This document shows positions 11,591 to 23,818 of a DNA stretch of 64,000 nt, piece by piece (the stretch's first letter is position 1; each line of letters opens with the position of its first letter). This DNA is from Hormiphora californensis (taxonomy: Eukaryota; Animalia; Ctenophora). The notes under the pieces are model-generated. The model was not told the DNA's origin. It searched no databases and saw only the letters and a program-made list of their open reading frames with translations. Location: NCBI GenBank assembly GCA_020137815.1, contig CM035350.1, forward strand, positions 4,898,001 through 4,962,000, in the 5' to 3' direction. The position numbers and the translations under genes are program-made.

Positions 11591-12796
11591 TAGTGTGAGA
11601 GAGAGTGAGAGAGAGATAGATAGAGATAGAAAGATTGAAGGATAACAGTTAACAATTAACCGTAAAGAGATATGCCGTTAATTATGGCAGTAGCCTAAAG
11701 GTGTTACCCCCGTGACACCACATGGGCCCGGGCATCCAAACTAATTTATTTAATTGGTTTTTGGACTAAATTCTGAATTATATTCATCTCCATCTACTCG
11801 TATTTTAGGTTGGAAATTGGCTACACAGATGTTGATTTTGTGTCTTTGTTCGAAACCAACACTCCAGTGCCCCTTCAAGAGCTAGTAATTCGAGGTGACG
11901 TGTTAACGGACAAAGCACTCTCTTTTATAGTAAATCAACATACTGCATCAGACCGGTAAGAGTGTATTTTATGTGTTATTTATGCAGGATATCGTGTCAC
12001 TTGCACAGCAGTTTAAAACAAGGATGTCTCGCGCTGTAAACAGTGAGTTGTTACAGCTGGAGGGTTAACTTTGCGTGACGCGCGACGACATGATCCATAT
12101 GTTTGCTGCGCGCCCGTAACTCCCGCGCATCATTTTGTGCATGACCGTGGGAAATATAACAGCGCTGGAAAGTTGTGTGGCAACTGGAAAGCCCCCCCCC
12201 CCCCCTCCCCAATATAATTTTAATCACCATCTACAGGTCGATTCACCTGTTTAACGACCTGAGGTTACTACACCTACACAACTGCAATATGTTGACAGAT
12301 TTTGGGATCGAGAAATGTGACTTCCTTGATATGCCATCCCTTACCCGGCTGATTATAGAAAGGTATGTTTCTTATCAGGGATAAGATACCTAAAGCCCAG
12401 TAGGCAGTAGAATGCATTACCATAATTATCAGTGAATGAGAACCCCTTGAAGTCAGCCGTCAGGTGATGTCAGGTGATACCGGAAAATTGCAATTGATAA
12501 GTAGAGTACATAATAATGATAATATGGCCATGACATTATCATTATTATTATGTCAGTGTGAATCGCCAACAACTCTTCTACTGAAGCAGAATGAGATATG
12601 TGTTCTAATATTCCCTAACATTCCCTCCATTTTCAGATGTTCAGGTATTAGACCAGGCAGGTTACGCCGTATGAAACATCGGTTCACCGGCTCACAGTTG
12701 TCCTTGACATGCTTCATCAACGATGAACGGCCTAAAGTGATACAGAGCCGAGCAATATCAGATGAAAATCGAGGGATTGAGATTGTGTTGGGTTAA
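571..12796 (+). CDS. Leucine-rich-repeat protein (cysteine-containing/AMN1-FBXL-type LRRs) with an N-terminal BC-box-like motif; 15 exons
   Basis: Phase-consistent GT-AG exons: 571-647, 744-816, 959-1045, 1166-1318, 1585-1750, 1844-2037, 2451-2566, 8657-8823, 8915-9072, 9218-9394, 9608-9760, 9886-9976, 11809-11955, 12237-12362, 12638-12796. Starts MSSFPTLQELATDTVCRNI. LRRs include VERVNFSDCTTLTD, IRSLNLNRCTGV, LKELYLAGT, LQKLNLAET, LRLLHLHNCNMLTD and LTRLIIERCSGI. Confidence 0.8.
2843..2884 (-). ncRNA. Minimal type I hammerhead ribozyme in the Penelope 3' pseudo-LTR
   Basis: Reverse complement reads tttagtt-CTGAAGA-a-ggcg(ttga)cgcc-GAAAC-t-GTT-aacaaa: CUGANGA core, stem II, GAAA, minimal stem III, GUU cleavage triplet, stem I gtt/aac. 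Minimal hammerheads are a known feature of Penelope pseudo-LTRs. Confidence 0.8.
5724..5765 (+). ncRNA. Second copy of the minimal hammerhead ribozyme (inverted pseudo-LTR)
   Basis: Identical motif tttagttctgaagaaggcgttgacgccgaaactgttaacaaa on the plus strand. Confidence 0.8.
6077..7336 (-). CDS. Equilibrative nucleoside transporter (ENT/SLC29 family), intronless CDS, nested antisense in intron 7 of the LRR gene
   Basis: 419 aa from MDENKPLL with about 11 hydrophobic segments. ENT motifs GVASLLPWN, GQGAAG, TLACFPA, FLLFNIGDVLGR, RLVFIPL, SWTNGHL. A pyrimidine tract plus AG lies just upstream of the ATG. Confidence 0.93.
   Translation of the reverse strand: MDENKPLLDKTAPQCSHRTSLLVYLSMVLFGVASLLPWNMVITATGYFAVKFAATNSTTIATSYPTYFQIGGIGSNVLLSLSSVALVKRLPVRPLMLLCNGIALAIFLAMTITSKLQTNTWAYGFFYFSNATFCVACAVSAVYISGMMATGSMLTPNAIKGFYLGQGAAGLFATVISIITLSIPGTDPVNAGFYYFLIATLSLALSLAAYIIFSSSQYVKDSTARGGEKSVEDEDDDVKDLSAWSVFTKIWKYCLTSLITLLITLACFPAALSSLRPVHGEEDNRWNSTYFLPVMTFLLFNIGDVLGRITSSCFSYPSKNIILPAAICRLVFIPLIYMCNLQPRVLPIWFASDAWPAVFNILLSWTNGHLLSLSAAYGPQEVQSKGEKSLAGSFSAGASAVGLVVGSILVFPFLKILQA
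7495..7705. repeat. (GA)n microsatellite
   Basis: Long GA dinucleotide run. Similar runs at ~17525-17615, 17745-17828, 21147-21250, 21943-22350, 23695-23815, 27230-27372, 31340-31420 and 41540-42280. Confidence 0.95.
10086..11340. mobile_element. Non-autonomous element (Helentron/DINE-like architecture) carrying 163-bp tandem repeats
   Basis: Short inverted repeat tagcactggca/tgccagtgcta (~10086 and ~10249) encloses GGGGGC-N-GCCCCC hairpins. Tandem units start tttatggggggtc at 10699, 10862, 11025 and 11188 (period 163). Lies in LRR gene intron 12. The family assignment is inference. Confidence 0.55.
11342..11772. mobile_element. MITE with ~90-bp terminal inverted repeats and a GA-rich spacer
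   Basis: aatttagtccaaaaacc...ggctactgtcataa (11342-11431) is the near-perfect reverse complement of 11682-11772. Confidence 0.8.
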
Positions 12797-13626
12797 TCAT
12801 GGGACTGTTTTTTGCTGTGTCTGTTTCATGTTGAAAATGTGACCGCCGATATTTTCTATCGTGCTATGTGAATTTGAGGGGAATCCAAATAGAATATGTT
12901 CTGAAATAATAATACTGTTTATAGGTCCGTCGTTTATAAGATGGTTTTGGAAACTATTCCTTCCTAGGATCTAAATATTTAATTTGCTCCAATTTGTAAC
13001 CTAGATGTAATTGTAATCATTATAGTAATGTTATAAGAGGTATAACCCTAATTGATGGCGAGAAATGTTATTATATTGCTTCGTGGCAGTTCGTGCAGAG
13101 TTGATGTTATTCTTCTATGAGATAATTGATCCTTCTTTCGTGATCATCCACGAACTGATCATGCTAAATCAAAACAAGGGAACGTTGTTTGCTAAGAGTT
13201 GTGTTTAACGCTAATTATGTTGTTGCTGCATTTTATTTACTTTTTGAAAAAATTCCGACTTTATTTATTGGCATGGGTCCGTCCGACGGCGCCGACCCGA
13301 TCTGAGCTCACTGTCGCTGTAGAGAAATGAGAATCGGAACGGGGTCTGGCGCTGATAGATAGGCCTGGGTTTCGTTGTGAAAAATATTTGGGGTTGTCCT
13401 GTCAGGCCAATGCTCTGGCCTCTGACGTCGATCTCACAGTTCACACAAGTGTCCATGTCACCAAAAAATGTTTATGCTCAACTCCAAATTGTAAAACTTT
13501 TACTAAAAGTGCTGATCTTATTATAGGCCAGGTGCAGTGGTTGGCTCCATTGCAACCTATTCTATGTTGTTGAGTACTCAACAAATTCTATGTATGTGAG
13601 ATCGATCTCGGTCGCTGTGCGAAGTA

Positions 13627-13739
13627 TGACGTTAAAAGTAAAACTCTGTCAGTTGACTGGTTAAATCATGGTTAGATCTAGTTAGTAACTATAGATCTAG
13701 CCATGATGTCAACTGACAGAGTTTGAATTGTGACGTCAT
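13627..13739. repeat. Fold-back palindrome (MITE-like)
   Basis: aaactctgtcagttgac...catggttagatcta pairs with tagatctagccatg...gtcaactgacagagttt. Confidence 0.7.
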
Positions 13740-14026
13740 TCTATTACTAAGTTAGAACTATGCTGCATGCCAGGACGTCACGCAGTTCTATTTTGACAGG
13801 ACCGCCCTCTACGTCAAAGGGAGGGGCAAGTGGTGCAATTTACCACCCACCTCGTACTCATGATTTTATATCTAACGAATAAATTATCTTCGTGAAGATT
13901 TGGATATGCATGAGCAGTACGCCAAAAATTATAGTTTTCTTTCACCACCAACGAAGTTGAGTATCGACCTGCAATATCGTTTTAACGGAGATTGAGTTCT
14001 ACTACTACTAGTAGATTCTAAGAATA

Positions 14027-14200
14027 GAACTCAATCCCCTTAACTTCAAGTTGTCATCTAACTTAGATAATGCCCCTTTCTCCGAACGTGTTCTAGTACT
14101 ACTAGAACACTAGTACTACTAGAACTACTAGAACACGTTCGGAGAAAGGAGCATTATCTAAGTTAGATGACAACTTGACATGAAGGGGACTTTGAGTTCA
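14027..14200. repeat. Fold-back palindrome (MITE-like) with ctagtacta repeats at the centre
   Basis: caagttgtcatctaacttagataatgc...ctccgaacgtgttctagta pairs with tactagaacacgttcggag...gcattatctaagttagatgacaacttg. Confidence 0.75.
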
Positions 14201-15882
14201 ATTTCAGGTGGCGTCTGTGGTGGAAATAGCTTTCTGACCAGTCAGTCAGTGAAAACGCCGCCGCACCAAACCCCGTTTTGAAATTTACAGTGCGCCTAGA
14301 TCGGGTCGGTGCCGCCAGACAGTAGTTTCGGGAAAATTCCCTGCCTGGCGCTGCGGAGCACGTAGTACGTACTGTCGATCAGAATCTGGGTGAATTCATA
14401 ACCAAGGGCCTCAGATCTTGGTTAGTTGGTTACGAAGTCACCCTTTTACGTTACTGGCGCCGCCTGACAGGGAACATTCTACCGGCCTCCCAATTCATTC
14501 CGTTATAGATAAAACAAATTGAAAACAAGATTCTTTAGAAGTTTGAAAAATAGTCAAATCAATGTATAGGAAAATATGTACACAGAGATTAAATAATACA
14601 ACAATTACTCCTCACTCTCCCTTTTCAACTCGCTGACTCTAACGGCACCAAAATAAATGGGGGGAAGTCTCTGAAAACACGTGTAATTCTAGAGGGTGAA
14701 CTCTATCATTCAAACACGCCATGTAACTATGGTAACGGTACCTAAACTCACACACTTTGTCACTCACACACACATCACACATGTCTATCAGTGGGTCTAG
14801 ATGACAAGAGAAAATTAGGGGGCATTCAAATGGGTGGAAAATTGTGGTGTGTGTATCATTTGTAGAGGTTTTTAGCTATAGAAAAGTAAAAACCATGGAG
14901 AGATATTGGCATATGTGATACACATAAAAACTTAGAAAAAAAATGTGGTACTAGGCGGGGGGAACAGTATTTATCTGACTAAGGCTGTGACTTTGGGGTT
15001 CTGAAATAGCATTTAACCTTAAAGTGGGACTACTATATGGGACAATAAACTAAATTCCTTCTTCACTTTCTCACTGCATCTTTCTCTCACACACTCCCAC
15101 TGTCTGATTTCAAATATATATATATTGCAACATCAATAGATCACCTCCTTCTTCAAAACAAAGGCACCAACTCTCTCTCAATCTCTCTCTCGACACACTG
15201 TGGAGAGACGCCTGACTCCTATAATTGGGGGCCTGACAAGTCTCCAATAATCTCTGAAAAACTGTATCATTGTACTGTGTAATAATATGCATTTTCTCGC
15301 TGTCTTAAATAACGGTTTTAAGGTTTTGAAAAAGAGAAAAATAGGTCGGGTATTTATATTGTTTAAACATTGTTAATCATCAATATAGCAGGGATCATAG
15401 ACCGGTTTAGGGATTTTGAAAAAAACACAAATTCTTCTTTGCAAAACTCTCCGTTTTTCATTTCAACAATTCTCTCTCTCACAATTATAATATTACTCTC
15501 TGTAACAGTCTTTTTCTTTTCACAGATGTAACTAGCTCTCGGGTCTTAACAGATGTGAGAGAGGGAGAGAGAGTGGGTTGATACTATCGGAACTGAGAGA
15601 GGGGAGGGCTATAGGGTCTTGAACGCACTACCCGATTCTCAGAACTATATAGGTATACAATACAAACTCCCTCGTGTGTGTACAATGAAACACAACGTTA
15701 TTCGGGGCGGAGTGCTTCATCTCTGACTCTTCAACTGTCTTTCATTAACAAAAGTAATAAATTAAGAAAACCACAGTTCACGCATCACTCGAGATATGGA
15801 ACTCTATAGCTCTCTGCAGTGTGTATGTGTGTGTGTCACTCAGATCTCAGCTGCAGTCACATAATAATGTCGGGGGAGGGGC

Positions 15883-17522
15883 TCACTTTTTCCTCCGGCT
15901 ACTCGGTGATTTCCGTATCACGGAATTCATCTTGGCCCAATCGATGGTGAGGTTGTTGTATGTTATCCACTTGGCTCCGAACCCAATACTCTCCAGGACA
16001 TCTTCCTCGTCAGATACCTTGAGGGTGAGTTTGAAGGAGCCAAAGGGAAGTCTGGGAATGGTGCAGGTACTGAGGGTGGCGTTATCACCGCAGTTAGAGG
16101 TGACAACATTATCATTTATCAGGATCTCCGTCTTGTCGCTGCCCGTCACGCTCACAGCAATTCCTCGGGCAGTCTCCTCTGTGTTCTTCAGGTAGAAGGT
16201 CAGGGCGTATGTGGTCTGGCTCTCCAAGTTTCCTCCCCGGATACTCTGTCCTAGGTAGATGCCTCCCTCGTCTGTCATGACGATGAGGCCACTGTCACCG
16301 AACTCAAAGCTGTTGTTGTGTCGCTCTCCGTAAGCGTGGGTGTAGAACTCAAAGATGGCAGGGAAGGTGTCTTTCCAGGTGTAAACTGCCAGATCGTCTA
16401 TCTGGGCCTGGAGTTCCGCTTGTTTTCGTTCCATCTCTGCAACTCGTTCAGCTACCTCGGCTGCAATCTTCTGGGCAAATTCCTCCCGAACTTGGGCCAG
16501 GATCTGTTCAACGGAGATGGAAACACCAGGGTCACCCTGAGGGGAGGGAGTGGGGTTAGCGATATTGGGATTCTGGCAGGGGAAGGAGTTGGGTTAGCGA
16601 TATTGGGATTCTGGCGGGGGAAGGAGTTGGGTTAGCGAAATTGGGATTTTGGAAAGAGAAGGAGTGGGGTTAGTAATATTGGGATTCTAGCGGGGGAAGG
16701 AGTGATATTGGGATTAGACTGGGAGACATTGGGGCGGGTTTAGTCCGGTCTAGTGTGGGAGGGGATGGAATGTGCAGCAGGAGCAGTAATAAGATTAGTG
16801 CATTGATCTAACGGAGCTCCTCTCCTTATCATGAGGAGTGAAAGTGTGAGAAAAACGGTCACCGATCATCCCATCCACAGAGAGAGAGAACGTGTGATTA
16901 GTGGGGACAGTGGAAGTTGAGCGGCAGTGTTTACACGTGACCAATATATCAGCTGCCCCTTCCCGAAAGTGCTATGTAGCTATTCGCTCCCTGTTAATTA
17001 CAGAGCCACTTTACCGCACCACCAATATAACTATCCCCCTCCTCCTCTCTATGTATATTAACAGATTTAATCATGTGAATTAGTGGAATTATAACTAGCC
17101 TATCCGGGACATTTCCGGTGAACTAGGGAGCGGTGGGAGAGAGAGGGTGACAATAAGAGAGAGAGGGGTGAATGAACTAAAAGTTGATGAGGGGGCTGTG
17201 TTTGATGGAATGTTGTAGTTACCTTGGGGCCGGGAGGTCCTTGGGGTCCTGTGGCTCCACCATTCGATCCTGCTGCTGCGGGTGCCTGAGGGAAGGGGAT
17301 TAGGTTAGAGTGAGTCGTGGGCAGTTAACCCTGAGGGGGCCGACCGAGTGGAGGAGTGGATGAGAGGGACAGGGGTAATTGGAATTACATGAGGGGGGAG
17401 GAAGAAGAATGGAAGGGAGAGGGAAACTAACATATTTGACATATGACATTGGGAGAGAGACTCCTTCTTTTCCGACCACAAAGATTATTGGGAGAATGAG
17501 AGAAGGAAGACATGCTAGAAGG

Positions 17523-17603
<81 letters not shown>

Positions 17604-17748
17604 TGATAGAGAGAGAAGCTGGCCATTGTTGGTTGCGAGTAGAATGAGGAAATGCGAGTGGTGTCTGGTAGAGGTATGTTGAAAATCAGCTGAGGTAATT
17701 AATCCCCTGTACGATAATCAAGAGACGCCCCAACACTAAGGGGAAGAG

Positions 17749-17834
<86 letters not shown>

Positions 17835-19708
17835 CGTGACTGGAGAGTGTCTGCTAAGGTGCGATCGTCTCTAGATTATATTGAACCACTTCCGCCCACC
17901 CTTCTTCTCTCCAAACCGCCGCAAGACCTCCAAATCCAACCCCTCCCAAGACATGGTCGATCCCTAAACAATATCATATCAAGCACGCCAAGCATCTCCC
18001 ATCTTGTGCTGTTACCCCCCAGGGGGGGGGGGGACTGAGGTCAACAATAGACTCTGCTACTATTAGCTAACATTCAATAACAGCGTTGTTGAGTTGTGCT
18101 TGTCAAAAGTGAAAACTTGTGGTCTCTCTCTCTCTCTCTCTCGCTCGTTCTTTCTCTCGATTTAAACCGATTGTTATATTCAAATTGAGTCAGCTCTTAA
18201 CATGCAAAGAGAGAAAAGGATAGGGAGGGGGTAAAGAAAGTGAGCGGCTGACTATCTTGTTTAAAAAGCTGATCTCTCTCCACCAATGCAGTGCTACTGA
18301 TGTGCATGCATGTGGTGTGGGCAGCTAGTAGTGCTTGTGTGTTTAGAGTCTAAACAAAACGGTTACTCTGTGTCCCTCCCCAACACACACGTGAGCTCAC
18401 TGTGACGCCTTCTTCTAGTGTGAGTGAGAGAGAGAGAGCAGGTGAGAGAGAGAGGGGAGAGAGCGGGTGGGGTCCTACTTACAAGAAAAGTGAGTCCTTT
18501 ACTACATGAATAGGGACCTGGGACAGGCACCGGAAAGATAAAAGAGAGAGATATTGTTAATTAGGGGCAGCTGGAGATATAGCATGCTGCAGGGACCGGT
18601 AAAATCTAGATTAGAGGACCTGATAAAACCTCCCCCAACACTGTTCCACCTGGTGCTTGGTTCCCCACTATTACAGTTTTTCCAAACCATTGTTTCCAGC
18701 TGCTACAGAGGCATCACCCCCTCTCTCTATCTCTGGGTTCTCTCTAGACGTGTAATTCATTGCATTCCTTTTGCAAAACCCACGTGCCCCATTGCATGGA
18801 AAGACTCCTCTCTCTCTCTATCTTCTTTTTCTCTATCTCTATCGCTTTTGACACACCACACGCCACATTCCAATGTGTGTTGTGACTCGGTTATACAGAA
18901 GAGAGAGAGAGGGCAACCCATTTAATTTGGGCAGCGAGCGCATCCAAAACATCATCAAATAGAACCTCATACTCTCTCTCACCCTCTCTATCTGAATCTC
19001 TCACTCTCTCTCTCTCTTCCTCTCTATCTCTCTATCTCGTGCTGTGTAACAGGTCACATGGTAAAACAAAGTGATGGTGTTGTTAGGTTTCCATCAACAA
19101 TCAAACACACGCCGGGTCCCAATTTGTTTACAGTCCACCAACCCCCCACAGGGCGATTATAATAATTCTTCTATCCCTTCTACCCCCAGCGAGAAGGTGT
19201 CAATGGGTATGTGACAGAGGGAAAGAGATAGAATGATAGAAGTGTTAGAGAGAGAGAGGACGGATACATCCTAGTGACATGTCTTTGAGCTCCAATTTGC
19301 ACCCTACTGCTAAAGAGACCCCAGGGAGAGGACTTAGCTGGGAGAGGAGTTGTGAAGGAACATTCCCCAGGAACCCACATATTTGACAAGGGGGAAACTG
19401 TCATAGAAGGAGAGAGGGTGATAGAGATAGAGAGATAGAGAGTGATAGAATAGAGAGAGAGAGGAAGCTCTCTTTATAATAAATTAAGTTATGTATTTGG
19501 AGAGAGGCTCTTCACTTGATTATCAAATGGTGCATGGAAATTGATCCGAGTTATGTAGCTATCACTTCTCTCTCCACCTATATCATTCTCCATCCAATCT
19601 CTCTCTCGTTTTTTCATCACCCACAAAGCTTGTGCAATGGCAAGCATACTAGTGGAGATTTGTGATTTATAAACCAGTCGTATAAGCTTCAATTACTTAC
19701 TAATAGCA

Positions 19709-19747
<39 letters not shown>

Positions 19748-20818
19748 TTCTCCTTGCCTCTCTTTCTCACTAACTCACTCCTGCTCGCTCGAGTAGTTGT
19801 AAGTAGAACACGTGATCTTAGCATGCTTAGGAACTATAACAAACACATCTCGCATCTTTTTCCACCCTCTCTCACAAGTCACAAACTCTTTCCCTCTCTT
19901 TTTCTCTTTTTAAATTCCCAGCACGGGATTGACAAGCAAATGTTGAATGTTAGAAAATGTAAAATGCTACGTGGTGGAGCACATGTAGAAATAACGACTT
20001 GAGGACCGATGGTGCAGATGATGAAAAATAAGAAGAAAAAAGAAATAATTGGAGAGGGTGAAATATTGATATTGATAGTAGAGGTAGAAATACAAGCAAG
20101 GGTATGTGGTAGAACAGGGGTGACAGGAGGGACAATAAACATACCTTGGGGTCGATGACAGTGTTTCCGATTTTCACAAATCCACCCTCGCCTGGTGAAA
20201 GGGTAATGTTCCGGCCTCGTGGTGATTCTAGCACAATGTTGTCATTCTCAGTCCTGATGGTTGGTCGGCGCTGTACAATGTTGTTCCTGTCGTCCCTGTA
20301 TCCTTGGGATAACCTGATGGAAAGGGAGGAGGGTTAGAGGGTTGACTAGAGGCAGTTTTTAGTAGCAACATTAGATTAGGAACATAACTAGGAACAAAAT
20401 GACTAAAAAAAAATTTTGGGGATAAATTTAAAAGTCAAAACTTCACAAAGGGTTTACAGGCAGGGAAAAGAGAGGTAAATAGGTTGCAAATTACGTTTTT
20501 GGGTTTACCATATGATATAACTCTGTTTAAGTAGATTGTATGTAGTTGTGTGTGTGTAATCCTTTACTTGACATAAAACCACAAAGGGAAAAATTGGGGG
20601 TTTCACCAAAAAACCAAGTTAGGCCCCAAAGAGGGCAAATAACGGGGGCACGACTCTTGAAATGAATAAGAGTTGTCTCCTCTCCTGTAATATATATGAA
20701 CGGGGGGAGGGCACGGGGGTTATATAATTTATGTTCGTTTTGTTACGAACTCCCTCCCCTCTCTCTCTCCGACACACCTTCTTTTAGTTTCTCACCATCC
20801 ATAAACATATATTAACAT
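15883..20818 (-). CDS. Probably secreted protein: cubilin N-terminal-like segment, short Gly-X-Y stretch, coiled coil and C-terminal beta-rich domain
   Basis: Phase-consistent exons 20818-20796 (MLIYVYGW, start uncertain), 20313-20145 (LSQG...RPTIRTENDNIVLESPRGRNITLSPGEGGFVKIGNTVIDPK), 17285-17223 (APAAAGSNGGATGPQGPPGPK) and 16536-15883 (GDPGVS...EEFAQKIAAEVAERVAEMERKQAELQAQIDDL...). Confidence 0.75.
16541..16715 (-). repeat. 38-bp minisatellite (~4.5 copies) abutting the acceptor at 16537-16538
   Basis: ttag recurs at 16556, 16594, 16632 and 16670. On the minus strand each unit reads gCTAAC, pyrimidine tract, cAG. Confidence 0.85.
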
Positions 20819-21162
20819 AATAATGTCAACTGCAGAGGGGTTGGTGGTGCACAAGCATCTCTCCCTCGCCTGCTGCTAAGCTGCTAAGAGCGACTGAGCA
20901 ATGAGAGAGAGAGAGAAAGAGAGATAACTTCTCTCTTCTTCTCACCGACGAGATGTTCAAGATGCTCGATCTTGTTGAACAACTCTCGATCAGAGGGGTT
21001 CACGCTTGGAGAACAGTCAAGAGGCGATCAGGAGCTGCTGAGCTGTTGGGGCATGTGTATGTGCACATATGTTGCATGCAGGGGCAGATTTCTCACGGCC
21101 ATTCCTCATGAGCCAGCTAACACGTGACTCCAATCACGTGCTAGCATCTCTCTCTCTCTTTA

Positions 21163-21253
<91 letters not shown>

Positions 21254-21942
21254 TCTTATCAAGTGCTACATAGACACTGTACTTTTACTACATGACACAC
21301 GTTGCGGGTGAGCAACACTACTTTCGTTGAACCATCATCTGGACACTCCTAGTTTTGTTCATTTCCCCCTGCCTCCCATTATCCGCTACTCCTTCATAAA
21401 AACAACCATCCCTCTGTCTGTAATTTAACCTAGCTGGAGCGACTTTTAATGATATGCCGGGGCTTAACGCTTAGCAGGGTCTTATTACTTTTTATCCCTG
21501 CTGCGTTTTGTGATGATGCAATAAATTTCCCACGATAGGACAGAGAGGGAGTGAGGGAGGGGAGGGGACTCCTCCCTCTCCTAGCTCCATATTGCACCGA
21601 ATAACTCTCTCATATTTCTCATCAGTCATTCCACTATTGCTGCAGTCAAGTGCTAGTATGTTTGTCTTAGGAATGGCTTGCTTGTGGTTTACTGTTTATT
21701 TACTACCATCTGTATTGCCCTGCCCTTTTACTAAAATACTCCGACACTTCACACCTTCACTTTCGCTCATGATACAGTATTGCTACACTGTATTGCTACA
21801 CTGTGTATGGGACATGGGTTTAATTTCAGTTTTTCTCCCTGATTTCTCGTAGCCACTAAAGTTCTCACATATTGTTACATCACGGTTATAGGCTACAAAA
21901 CATGGTTGCTGTTTGTTGGCTGGGCACACATCTAGGTCTTCA

Positions 21943-22103
<161 letters not shown>

Positions 22104-22110
22104 ACTCACT

Positions 22111-22186
<76 letters not shown>

Positions 22187-22232
22187 CTTCTCTCTCTCTC
22201 TCTCTTCCCTCTCTTTTCTTTCCTCTCTCTCA

Positions 22233-22284
<52 letters not shown>

Positions 22285-23701
22285 CTCTCTCTCTCTCTCT
22301 CTCTCTCTTCCCCCTCTCTTTTTCTTTCTCTCTCTCTCACTCTATCTCCCTCTCAAATATAGAGTTGTCCTTCCCTCGCTATAACAGCTAACGCGGGCAA
22401 TATTACCAAAGACACACTACACATTTTTTATCGATGACTTGATAATTTGGCGATGGGAAATGTCCTTGTTCACAGTTTATCTCTCTCCCCCATCTCACTA
22501 TAAAACGAACATAATTATATAGATTCTAGAACTCTATAAAGTGCAGTACTAGACACTAGACACTACTTCCACTACCAGCAGACGACAGGTTTCAATTTCC
22601 TCGCTGAATGAATGAGACACGATTTGTTGAGTTACTCAACTCAGACACGATACATACTTGGTTATGCAGCGTGACAAGGAGAAAGCGTGTTGGGAGTGAC
22701 AGCAGCAGAGATAAGAAGACATAGGAGAACATGCAACATCATACCCCGCCTCGAAAGTAGAACAAGGGGATGATGACATATTAGCAAAACGCTGCACAAA
22801 GCAACCCTGAAACAGTGAAACTATCTAGGGTGTGCCAAGAGAGAGAGAGAGAGAGAGCACCCAGACGAAGTACCAGAACCAGGGGTGGTACTGGAACGGT
22901 ATCGAGTTGGGTGGTGCATGTGGAAATGAAGGAATATTGAGGGGGCGATGTAGGGAGATCACCCCATTATAATAATGGGGTGGTCGTGTAGGTGACCTCC
23001 CTACATAACCTACCTATTTCTCACGATGTGTGTCAAATGCGGTTCATTACACCGCATTTGACACACATCGTGAGAAATAGAGTATCTACTGGTTGGTGGA
23101 GCAGGGGTTTCAAAACAGCAACACAACTAGCTCTCTTGGTACCTCGGTATATTTTGAACAACTGGGGAGAGCTGAATGGACACTGTTCAGTTGGAATTAC
23201 TCCCTGACCAACTGGAGCAGGGAGGGGCGGGGACCCCAAACAATTGTCGGAAAAATGAGGGACTGAGAAGTGAGAGAAGGGCACCAACATCTCCTCCTAC
23301 AACACCTATAAATACGGTCTACTGGCCTGATTAATTAGGTAGTCCCAATGTTGTATCATAGTGTGTGTGTCCTTTCAATGGTGCATTGTCACTCACCGTC
23401 TCTCCCTTCAGATCCCTTCTCTCTCTCTCTCTCCCGTCAACTCCCCTTCTCTCTCCCTCCCTTCAATTAACGATGGTTCACCTACCCTATCCGGCGGCGC
23501 GTGCTGTCCCCGCATTCCACTGTTTGTTTTGTTTTGGGTCCCTAATTACCATGGACCAGGAGGGTGGTCAATATTGAAGGGCAGATGGTTATCAGAGGTG
23601 GAACTTGCAAGTTTGTCCCCGGGTTCTACACTCGAGATGGTCAGGGGTGTGGAACACCAGGTGCAATGGAGTGTGTAAGAAAGAGAGAGGACAGAGAGAG
23701 A

Positions 23702-23818
<117 letters not shown>

